Assembly (NCBI GenBank): GCA_963786955.1
Contig: CAWBAT010000006.1
Coordinates: 224,001-288,000, forward strand
Direction of reading: 5' to 3'
DNA length: 64,000 nucleotides
Source: an uncultured Acidimicrobiia bacterium
Lineage (GTDB): Bacteria > Acidobacteriota > Terriglobia > Versatilivoradales > Versatilivoraceae
Made by a program: the position numbers and the translations under genes. The notes beneath the pieces were generated by a model that ran no database searches, was not told the DNA's origin, and saw only the letters and a program-made list of their open reading frames with translations. This document shows positions 54,842 to 64,000 of this stretch, piece by piece (the stretch's first letter is position 1; each line of letters begins with the position of its first letter).

Positions 54842-57800
54842 ATGAGACCCTCTGAACTCTACAAAAGAATTTGGGTGTTCGAGATTGCCGTGTGGATCCT
54901 CGGTATTCTCGGGGCCACACTGGCCGGCCTCGCGATGGCTCAATCGCATCTTAAAGAGCACCCGATCAATCCATCCCACGGTCTCGTCAAGGGGGGCCGC
55001 TCGTCATTCACAAGCGGAGAACAGTTCTCAAATGAACTTGAGGACGCTGCGAGAGTCAGAGGGCAGGCGACCATCAGTCGCCTGCCTCTGGCATTTGAAC
55101 CCAATCGTGGTCAAGCACCGCGAGATGTGAAATTTCTCTCTCGTTCTCAGGATGCGGTTGTCATTTTAACTGCAACGGATGCCATCATCCGGCGGCCGGA
55201 TTTAGAATTTGGACCCGCAGCCCCGAGCCAAGTTGCAAGTCATCACAAATCGATTCGCCAAGCCGCTCACTTCTCAGATCTCAGAATGCATCTGGTGGAG
55301 GGTAATCCTGCCTCCACGGCTTCTGGCGAATCTCCTTTGACCAGCAAGTCGAATTACCTGAAAGGGGGAGACTCCAGAAATTGGGTCACTAACTTGCCAA
55401 ACTTCTCGCGAGTCAGATTTCAAGATGTCTATCCTGGAATCGGTCTCACTTATTATGGTAGCCGTCAGCAACTGGAGTACGACTTTGTGGTCGAGCCTGG
55501 TGCCAATCCCGATCGAATTGAAATAGACTTCGCAGAAGGTAATGGAACCAGCCAACATCCGGCCATCAGCCTGGATGAGACTGGAAACCTCTTACTGCAA
55601 GCATCATCAGGAGAGATTCGACTGGCGAAACCTGTGGCATATCAGACCCTATCCGGTGCCCGTCAGGAAGTGACTTGTAACTTTCGCCTTACCGCGGAGC
55701 GGACACTCAAATTCATTCTCGGAAACTATGACACCGCTCACACCCTGATTATTGACCCGGTTATATCTTATTCGGTAGTAGGGATCGGTGGCTCTGCAAT
55801 TGCGGTAGATCGCCAGGGGTATGCCTACGTGACGGGAATTGCAAACCCCGCCTTTTTGCCTTCTGCCGGCGCATTTCAGAAGAGCCCTGGAGGAGGCACC
55901 TGTTTCAGTGGCCCAAATATCGTCCCCTGCCCTGATATTCTTGTTGCCAAGTTGAACCCCTCTGGTACCGAGCTCGTATACTCTACTTTCCTGGGCGGCA
56001 GTGGTTCGGATTATAGCTATGGAATTGCCGTAGATGATGCTGGAAATGCCTATATAACGGGTTCAACGAATTCCTTGGATTTCTCTACGACTCCTTCCGC
56101 TTATCAAACCCAGCACAGCGGAGAAATCTGCGGCCAGGCACAGCTGAATATTCCTTGTAACAATGCCTATGTCACCAAGCTCAATGCAGATGGGACTGGA
56201 TTGGTTTATTCCACTTATCTTCAAGGCAGTCAAGGGGGACAAGTCGGCAACGGGATTGCCATTATTCCGTCTGGAGAAGCCTTTGTGACCGGAGACCGCG
56301 AGGAGGGTGGATTTGTCGCAGAACTGGGTCCAACTGGCTCGACACTCAAATTCAGTGTATCCGGGGTTGGGGGTTCGGCAATTGCAGTGGACGGCAAAGG
56401 AAACACGTATGTTACTGGACGCAAAGGACGAGATTCCTTCGTGACCAAATTATCCGCCCAAACTAGCCTTATCGATTACTCATTTAGGCTGGGTGGCACT
56501 TTTGTTCCTTATTCGGCTCCTCCCGAAGAAGTTGAAGCGCTCACAGGCATTGCTCTTGACAAGTCTGGGAATGCCTATGTGACCGGATACACCGCTTATC
56601 AGGATTTCCCGACGACATCCAATGCCGCGTTTCCCAAAGCCCCTGGCGCCGGCCCTTGCGGCAACTCCTTGTGCCGCGACGCATTCATTTCCAAACTGAA
56701 CGCTTCCGGATCAGCTTTAGTCTATTCCACGTATTTGGGAGGCAGTTCTGTCGATTACGCCAACGGAATTGCCATTGACTCATCGGGGAGTGCCTACGTG
56801 ACGGGGGTCACCCGTTCCAGCTGATTTTCCGGTCACCTCCAGTCAGACACCCCCAAAAAGTGGGGGGATCTTTATCTCTAAATTAAACGCAGCCGGGGCG
56901 GGCCTGGAATATTCAATTACTCTGGGGGACATCAACTCGAGTGACAGTGGGAACTCCATTGCTCTCGATTCGTTAAAGAATGCTTTCGTGACCGGAAATG
57001 CGAGTGCCTTCCCAACCTCTCCCGGAGCCTATACACCCCCGGTTGGGCGCAATGATTCGTTTGTTGCGAAAATTTTCGATAGCCTTACCCTCTTCGTACC
57101 CATCGTCATCTCAGCCAACGGATTAAATAATTCCTTTTTCACTTCGGAACTAACAATGGCTAACCGTTCGGCTCATGATGTGACTCTGGAATTTACCTAC
57201 ACGGCCGCGATTGGTGGAGGAAGTGGCCGAGCAACGGATAAGATCCAGGCAGGTCATCAGGAAATTTTTCCAGATGCTATTTCCTACTTGAAATCGATGG
57301 GAATCCCCATCCCCGATTCAGGCAGCAGGGGCGGGACTTTAGCCGTCAAGTTTAACGGGTTGTCTTCTGCTAGTGAAGGAGCGGTGAGTGTACGCACGTC
57401 AACAGCCGTCAGCAACGGTCGGGCCGGCCTTGCTTATTCCGGAGTTCCCGCGGGATTTAGCAGCCCTGTTTATTTGTGTGGTTTGCGCCAAAATGCCTTC
57501 GATCGAACGAACTTGGCGATTCAGAATGCTGGTAAAGAGTCCGATGGTGACATCGCCTTGCGTTTGAGCGTTTTTCCTTCGGCACCAGACCCTCAAGCTC
57601 CATATGTTCTGCCTGAAGAAACCTTGGCTCCCGGGAACTTTAAGCAACTGAGCGGAATTTTACAGTCAAACGGTCTGAACCTTGAAAGCGGATATGTTCG
57701 TGTTGAACGAATACGGGGCAATGCACCCTTCTATACGTACGCCGTCATTAATGACCAAGCCAGTTCCGATGGTTCATTTGTCGCACCTGTAGACGAAAAC

Positions 57801-58544
57801 CTGATGTCCGGACGAAATGGCCTGACCTTGCCTGTTGTCGTTGAGACGAAAACTTTCACAACCGAGTTGAACCTCACCAACTTTTCGAAAACTGAAAAGA
57901 CTCTTCTATTGAGCTATGCGCCGGAAGGTCTTGAACCGCCTGGATCGACCGCAGACCTGGTCCTTATATTGCAGGCCCAATCACAGATAATCATTCCCAA
58001 TTTTGTGCAATGGATGAGGCAGGTCGGCGTCGTTTCACTATTGCCATTGAAAGATTCAAATTCCGGCCCTCTATTCGTGACAGTCCGCGGAAATGACGCC
58101 AGCGGTATCTTTGTCGGGGGACGGACCTCAAGCGTCGGAGGGGGCGGACGTTATGGAGTTTTTTACGCCGCAGTCCCATTTGGTGCTGCCACTGCAACCG
58201 AAACTTGGATTTATGCCTTACAGCAAAATGTTGAGAATCGTTCAAATCTCGGCATAGTTAACACAGGCGAAATCAATCAGGATCCCAGCCTGTTTCAAAT
58301 TGATGTTTTTGATGGAAAATCCGGTACCGTAGCCGCAACCATTAACAACATTTCTGTCGGATCAAAGAAATTATTCCAAATAAGTTCGATTCTCCAAGTT
58401 TATGCCCCCCAGCTCACACAAGGATATCTCCATATCAAAAAGCTCAAAGGAGCTAATCCATTCATTGCCTTTTCTGTAATCAACGATGGCGGTCAGCCCG
58501 GCGAACGCACCGGGGACGGGGCCTTCATCACGAGTTCACCTTGA
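54842..58544 (+). CDS. Large secreted SBBP-repeat beta-propeller protein with duplicated C-terminal domain (frameshift near 56820)
   Basis: LPLAFEPNRGQ, DVYPGI..LEYDFVVEPGA, LIIDP, repeated YSTFLGG..IAVD..GNAYVTG; two ~240-aa C-terminal repeats ending in VINDxxxxDGxF-like motifs. Confidence 0.88.
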
Positions 58545-58660
58545 AACCCACGCCAGTCAAGACTTTCCATATCCTATTTTTCCAAAGGCCTTTGCTACCT
58601 TGAAGATTCCGGCCAGAGGAGCCTGAAAAGCCCACAGGTCCTAATTTTGGAGTTTGGTCC

Positions 58661-58870
58661 TGTGGAAATTCGAGGTCCAGTCAAGTTTTCCGCCGAGCGG
58701 TGGCCCGAATCCCGCGTCATTTTCACTATTTGGTATTTAATTCTTGTATTTACAATAATTTATGCGAGTCACAATTTTGTGTGCAATTTGCTCTTGGTTC
58801 AATAAAGACAATAATTTACATCCTTAACAGCCCACATTTTCACAGTTTTTTCCACAGAAGTTGTGGATTT
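58661..58870. promoter_or_regulatory. Cluster of DnaA-box-like 9-mers beside an AT-rich tract
   Basis: TTTTCCACA 58848-58856 (fits TTWTNCACA), ATTTTCACA 58836-58844, TGTGGATTT 58862-58870, TGTGGAAAT 58661-58669. Confidence 0.45.
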
Positions 58871-59083
58871 TTGGGGAAGGAACTGGACTATGGAAAGCAG
58901 GATATTGAAACCATTTTTCTGTTTACCTGGGGAAAAGTACTCCAGCCTATGGTCGAATGGGTTTAGGCATTGGTTCTTGACTTAGAAATTGCCTGAAGGT
59001 AAATAATCAGAAGATTCCCTGAAAGCTCAGTGGAGCTAATTTGAAGCTCCCTCTGAAATTGCGGAGAAGAATCGGTAAGTTCA

Positions 59084-60941
59084 ATGAATCGTTCAAGTTT
59101 AATTCTGGGTGTTTCCGCTTATTACCATGATAGTGCTGCTTGCTTATTGCGAGACGGGCAGATTGTGGCAGCAGCCCAGGAAGAGCGCTTTAGCCGTAAA
59201 AAGCACGACCCACGCTTCCCGCGACATGCCGTGCAGTACTGTCTTCAAGAAGGGAATATAAGAATCGCGGACCTTGAATATATTGTTTTTTATGACAAGC
59301 CTCTCGTTAAGTTTGAACGCCTCTTGGAAACCTATTTGGCCTTTGCACCCCACGGAATACGGTCTTTCACTGCGGCGATGCCCATTTGGCTAAAGGAAAA
59401 GCTTTTCCTTAAGAAGCTACTCAGAACAGAACTCCTCGAGATTGATAAAGGCTTGAGCGAATCGACTCTTCCCCCACTGTTATTTACGGAGCATCATGAG
59501 TCGCATGCAGCCTCAGCGTTCTACCCTTCGCCATTCGAGAAGGCTGCAATACTTTGCGTTGATGGGGTAGGAGAATGGGCGACGACGACGGCTTGGGTGG
59601 GCGATGGGCAGAAGATCAAACCCTTATGGGACATCCATTTCCCTCATTCCTTAGGGCTTTTGTATTCTGCCTTTACTTATTTCACTGGCTTTAAAGTCAA
59701 TTCAGGTGAGTATAAATTGATGGGGCTTGCTCCTTATGGGGAACCCAAGTATGTGAAGGAAATTTACGAACACTTGATCGACCTTAAGCCGGATGGCACT
59801 TTTTGGCTCAACATGGATTTTTTTAATTATTGCACTGGTTTGACCATGACCAATGGCAGGTTTGACCGACTTTTTGGAGGCCCACCCCGGAAACCCGAAG
59901 CTTTGCTGACACAACGTGAAATGGATTTGGCCCGCTCCATTCAAGATGTCACTGAAGAGGTCATGCTCCGGTTGGCCCGAACTCTGCAGAACGAGACCGG
60001 GATGGAAAACCTGTGCATGGCTGGAGGGGTGGCCTTGAATTGTGTGGCCAACGGGAGAATCCTGCGGGAATCCCCTTACAAGAAGATCTGGATTCAGCCG
60101 GCTGCCGGAGACGCTGGAGGCGCTTTAGGAGCTGCGTTGGCTGCCTGGCATCAATATAAGAATGAGCCTAGGACCATACGTCCATCCCTGGACGGCATGC
60201 AGGGAAGTTACCTCGGACCGTCATTCTCTAATCAAGAGATTGAAGAGTTCCTAAACGAAGTCCAAGCTCCTTTTCTTCGGTTGAGCGAGGAGTCTATTTA
60301 CGATCAGATCACCAATGATCTGGCTGCTGAAAAAGTGGTGGGTTGGTTTCAAGGACGAATGGAATTCGGTCCGCGGGCCCTGGGGGCAAGGAGCATTATT
60401 GGAGATGCGCGGAGTTCCAAGATGCAGTCTGTCATGAACCTGAAGATCAAATTCCGAGAATCCTTTAGGCCCTTTGCCCCTTCGGTATTGCGAGAAAGAG
60501 TCTCGGACTATTTCGACTTGGACAGTGACAGCCCCTATATGATGTTGGTTGCTCCAATAGTCATGAACCGACGCACTCAGTTATCCGAGACAGAGAGAGC
60601 TCTTTGGGGAATTGATTTGCTCAATGTTCCCAAATCAGACTTACCCGCCGTAACCCACGTTGACTATTCCGCCCGCATTCAGACGGTGCATGCAGAGACA
60701 AATCCCCGCTATCACAAATTGATCAAGGCCTTCGAAGCCAAAACGGGTTGTGGTGTCATCGTGAATACGTCTTTTAATGTGCGGGGAGAACCCATGGTCT
60801 GCACGCCCTCAGGACGCTTATCGGTGCTTTATGCGGACGGAAATGGATGTTCTGGTTCTCGAAAACTGTGTGTTGAAGAAAGCCGATCAAAAGCCCCTCG
60901 CGAATGACACGAATTGGCAGAAGGAATTTGACTTGGATTGA
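59084..60941 (+). CDS. CmcH/NodU-family O-carbamoyltransferase (SxtI-like; frameshift near 60808)
   Basis: YYHDSAA, AQEERFSRKKHD, EHHESHAAS, DGVGE, GEYKLMGLAPYG, GGVALNC, EFGPRALG, KFRESFRPFAP, NTSFNVRGEP. Confidence 0.93.
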
Positions 60942-60942
60942 G

Positions 60943-61351
60943 ATGGAGAATCGAGTGCGGCAAGATACAAAACTCAAACCATTGCGTTCTTTCGGATTGT
61001 TAGTCGGTGGTGTTTTCGGCGCTCATGGCGGCCTGGCCCGTTTTGTTCCGTGGACAACCGCCTAGAACGTGGGCTATGGTTGCAGCAGCAGGTTTAGTTG
61101 TCCCGGCTCTGGTTCTGCCCAAAATCCTAGACCCGGTCTATCGAGTCTGGATGACTTTCGGGCATATCTTGGGTTCGATCAATACCCGAATTGTTTTGGG
61201 ATTGGTCTTTTTTCTTATTTTTACACCAGCAGGAATCTTGATGCGCCTCTGCGGCATGGACCCAATGCGCCTTCGTTTGAAAGGAAGTTCCAAAACGTAC
61301 CGAATTCCTCGAACGTCACGACCTGAATCCCACATGAAACAGCAATTTTGA
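60943..61351 (+). CDS. SxtJ-family membrane protein (frameshift near 61015)
   Basis: LRSFGL, VYRVWMTFGHILGSINTRIVLGLVFFLIFTP, DPM, MKQQF end. Confidence 0.85.
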
Positions 61352-61371
61352 GAGAGTCAGGAGGTCATCGG

Positions 61372-61524
61372 GTGTTTGAATTTGCCTTAGAGCTGTGGGC
61401 TTTCCTTAAAGAGCGAAAGAAATTTTGGCTGTTGCCCATTGTCGTCGTCCTCGTTCTATTCGGGACGCTTATGGTGCTCACTCAGGGCTCAGCTCTAGCC
61501 CCTTTTATCTATACATTGTTTTAG
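61372..61524 (+). CDS. SxtK/DUF5989-family small membrane protein (50 aa, below the ORF-track cutoff)
   Basis: GGAGG RBS, GTG start; ELWAFLKERKKFWLLPI..QGSALAPFIYTLF. Confidence 0.9.
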   Translation: MFEFALELWAFLKERKKFWLLPIVVVLVLFGTLMVLTQGSALAPFIYTLF

Positions 61525-61669
61525 ATTCCCCTGGGACCAAGCCCGCTGGGTGGCGCACATGTGGTTTTTGCATGTCTGCGTAAAATCTCATTAAATGGAC
61601 AGACCGTCTATAACAAGAAGACTCTAATCCCGCAAACTGGAGAATTCCCGACGTGACAACCCCTGACTT

Positions 61670-61822
61670 CTTAGTACTGTTTTTCATAAATACGGTGACA
61701 TTAACGCCGGGTCGGTGACCCGGCCTACAACTTTGTAGGCCGTTGAGACTTTCTCAAAGCCTCACCCCCACGCGGCGCCTATCCTAAGATTCGTCACCGT
61801 AATTACGAATAGCAGTACTAAG
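61670..61822 (-). mobile_element. MITE, inverted copy of 29177-29311
   Basis: CTTAGTACTGTTTTTCATAAATACGGTGAC ... GTCACCGTAATTACGAATAGCAGTACTAAG with an internal GGCCTACAACTTTGTAGGCC REP. Confidence 0.82.
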
Positions 61823-62042
61823 CCTTCGGCTCGCGGACTCTTCCCAGGCATGCCAATGACACAGGTCTGTGCCTGCCGCCAAATGCAAAATACTGCACCC
61901 TCAACTTCTTACCTCGGAATGCATGCCTCATGTCAGTTTCAATTTCTTATGATAAAATGATTTTCGAATTGGGTTTATTGAGAACGAGATATAATAACTG
62001 CTTTGCGCCCGTAAGCTTTGATTGAAAAAGGGGAGATGGACC

Positions 62043-62615
62043 ATGAAGCGAATCCTATTGCTTGCTTTCTTGTTGCTCGGTGTCATCCATTTAAACTCAG
62101 TCTCGGGACAGGTCAAGAATCCTGTCCCCGGTCCGGATCAGCAGAGCATTGAAAAGATCGAAAAGGCAGGCGGGCACGTCATCGCGATTGCCCAGAATGA
62201 TAATCGTCTCGAGGTTGATTTTCACCTGCAGAGTTCCGACGTGACGGATCAGAGCCTGGTAAGCTTGGAAGGTCTCAAGAACATCTATTCTTTGAATCTC
62301 GGAAAAACTAAAATTACCGACGCAGGGCTCGCCCATATTGCAGGGTTAACTACCCTGAATCGACTGTATCTCCAAGAAACCAAGATTACTGATAAGGGTC
62401 TCGTCCACCTCAAAGGACTTCGGGATCTGGTCTACTTAAACCTCTACGGAACCGCAGTCACTGACCAGGGGCTGGTAAATCTGGCGGGTCTTTCAAACCT
62501 CAAGAATTTGTACGTCTGGCAAACCAAGGTCACGGAAGCCGGGATCGATAAACTCAAGAAATCACTTCCTGGTGTCAACGTCATTATAGGAACTGAACCC
62601 GAGCCTAAGAAGTAA
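62043..62615 (+). CDS. Secreted leucine-rich-repeat protein
   Basis: Signal peptide; 24-aa repeats of the form LxxLxLxxTxITDxGLxHLxG. Confidence 0.88.
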   Translation: MKRILLLAFLLLGVIHLNSVSGQVKNPVPGPDQQSIEKIEKAGGHVIAIAQNDNRLEVDFHLQSSDVTDQSLVSLEGLKNIYSLNLGKTKITDAGLAHIAGLTTLNRLYLQETKITDKGLVHLKGLRDLVYLNLYGTAVTDQGLVNLAGLSNLKNLYVWQTKVTEAGIDKLKKSLPGVNVIIGTEPEPKK

Positions 62616-62650
62616 TCTCCCCCAGCCGGATTCATTGCGCCTCTCCCCCC

Positions 62651-62793
62651 GTGTGAAGAAATTCTGAATCCCTTGTAGGGAACGCTCGCCGTAGCGTTTC
62701 CCGTTATCATTAGGCACTGATTTCAAATGGCGTGGCGACTCAACGAGGAACGGAACGGCGTCCGTTCTCTACAAAGCAGCAATTTTTTCACAC
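62651..62793. mobile_element. MITE-like element with GTGTGAAGAAATT ends enclosing a GTAG REP doublet
   Basis: GTGTGAAGAAATT / AATTTTTTCACAC (12/13 inverted); interior TTGTAGGGAACG..CGTTTCCC and GAACGG..CCGTTCTCTACAA. Confidence 0.6.
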
Positions 62794-62907
62794 TTTCGCT
62801 ATTAAAAACTTCGAAATCCGTAACCCGATCTTTCAATCTCTACCCTACAAATATCTGGAAAGTAGGCAGGGAAATGGAGTAAAAGAGAAGTTTTGCAAGG
62901 AGCCGTG

Positions 62908-64000
62908 ATGCAGAAACTGGATCGACGACATTTTCTGATCGGAATGAGCAGCGGGATAGCGGCATCACGAATGGTTGGCCTGGGAAGCTCTTCGTCCCCC
63001 ATCCTGTTCGCCGGACCCGAGTTGAAGGGCCCCTGGTATCAAAGGTCCTATCGGCGCAATGTGATCGACATGCACATCGCCGATTGGGATCAGAAATTCC
63101 TGTCGGAGTTTGATGCGAAAACATATGTTGATTTACTTCGCCTCGCGGGAGTCCAGTCTGCCGTCGTCTATGCCCATTCCCATGTCGGGCATTGTAACTT
63201 CCCGACCAAGGTAGGACATACCCACAACGGGATGCAGGGGAAGACGCACCTCCAAGATGTAATTACGCTGTGCCATCGAAACGGGATTGCTGTCCAGCTT
63301 TACTATAGCGTGATCTTCGATCGGTGGGCCTATGACAATCATCCTGACTGGCGGATCATTCTTGTAAACGGGAAACCAGCCGGAGAGACCGTGCGCCACG
63401 GTTTAAACTGCCCCAACTCTCCCTATCGAGATTATGTCGTGTCTTTGACGGAAGAAATGTGCCAGCAGTTGGACTTTGATGGGATTCGCTACGATATGAC
63501 GTTTTGGCCGAACGTCTGTTATTGCACGCACTGCCAAAAGCGATTTGCCGCCGAGGTGGGCGGAGAATTGCCGAAAATCATCCAGTGGGAAGATCCGCAC
63601 TGGGTCAGTTTTCAGCGTAAAAGGGAGGAATGGCTGCTGGATTTCGCACACCTGCTCACCCAGAAGGTTCGCAGCCTCAAACCCCAGGCCACCGTCGAAC
63701 ACCAGGCTTCGACATACCCCCAGAGCTGGCGGTTGGGGGTCACGTATGGTCTCACTAAGCAATGTGACTTCTTGCAGGGAGACTTCTATGGGGATGCCCT
63801 GCAAGGTTCCTTTGTGCGGAAGTTATTTTACAACCTCAGCGAAAATCAGCCTTATGGATTTGAAACCAGCGTCATGGTCAGTTTGCGGAATCATACGGCC
63901 AAGAAATCGAAAGACCTCCTGCGGACCAAGGCCTATGCTTGCCTGGCGGATGCCGGCGCCTTTGTCTTCATTGATGCCATCGATCCGGTCGGAACCCTGA
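62908..64000 (+). CDS. Tat-exported glycoside hydrolase, GHL6/alpha-L-fucosidase-like; runs off the window edge
   Basis: Manually translated: MQKLDRRHFL twin-arginine signal, VIDMHI, VYAHSHVG..FPTKVG, YYSVIFD, HPDW, CPNSPYR, DGIRYD, CYC..C; AAGGAG RBS. Confidence 0.85.
   Translation, partial: MQKLDRRHFLIGMSSGIAASRMVGLGSSSSPILFAGPELKGPWYQRSYRRNVIDMHIADWDQKFLSEFDAKTYVDLLRLAGVQSAVVYAHSHVGHCNFPTKVGHTHNGMQGKTHLQDVITLCHRNGIAVQLYYSVIFDRWAYDNHPDWRIILVNGKPAGETVRHGLNCPNSPYRDYVVSLTEEMCQQLDFDGIRYDMTFWPNVCYCTHCQKRFAAEVGGELPKIIQWEDPHWVSFQRKREEWLLDFAHLLTQKVRSLKPQATVEHQASTYPQSWRLGVTYGLTKQCDFLQGDFYGDALQGSFVRKLFYNLSENQPYGFETSVMVSLRNHTAKKSKDLLRTKAYACLADAGAFVFIDAIDPVGTL

Noticed and set aside
1844-61351. Mass pseudogenisation or programmed frameshifting in about 20 genes
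   Set aside because: Breaks are single-base shifts, often near homopolymers, scattered across unrelated genes including recB/recC whose motifs are intact; assembly error is the simpler explanation. Needs read-level polishing to confirm.
59084-61524. Saxitoxin biosynthetic cluster
   Set aside because: No sxtA, sxtG or other core genes; sxtIJK homologues are widespread
29177-61822. The two inverted MITE copies as ends of a 32-kb composite transposon
   Set aside because: Copies are diverged, each has its own TIR pair, no transposase is present and the enclosed region holds housekeeping genes

Overview
Roughly 50% GC bacterial chromosome segment whose gene style (Oar-like TonB-dependent transporters with carboxypeptidase-regulatory N-domains, TIGR02999-type ECF sigma plus Ser/Thr kinase, DUF4388-DnaJ-TPR, PEGA, SBBP and FG-GAP propellers) suggests Acidobacteriota (inference). 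About 20 genes, including recB and recC, are split by 1-nt frameshifts, most likely long-read assembly errors, so fragments were rejoined by eye and their boundaries are approximate. Core content: GNAT-amidohydrolase-EamA operon, histidine kinase, rfbB-rfbA, rnpB, a MoxR operon, vapBC, recC-recB-recD, a Mesh1-like HD hydrolase, msrB, an sxtIJK-like carbamoyltransferase trio and a GHL6 glycoside hydrolase. Most notable observations: (1) two parallel ECF sigma + transmembrane transducer + TonB-dependent transporter + secreted beta-propeller modules, each with an exactly duplicated bipartite promoter motif readable in the DNA (TGATACAAAA-N10-AGCTGCATACT, apparently leaderless; AATGACCCCATT-N9-TTCTCGCATTAC); (2) an RNase P RNA with a P12 helix expanded by 7-nt tandem repeats; (3) several unrelated terminal-inverted-repeat miniature elements that each wrap GTAG-type REP doublets; (4) vapBC nested in inverted and ~290-bp direct repeats; (5) a MoxR ATPase coupled to an unusual TraB-like/degenerate-VWA partner. 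No database searches were run; family calls rest on motif recognition.
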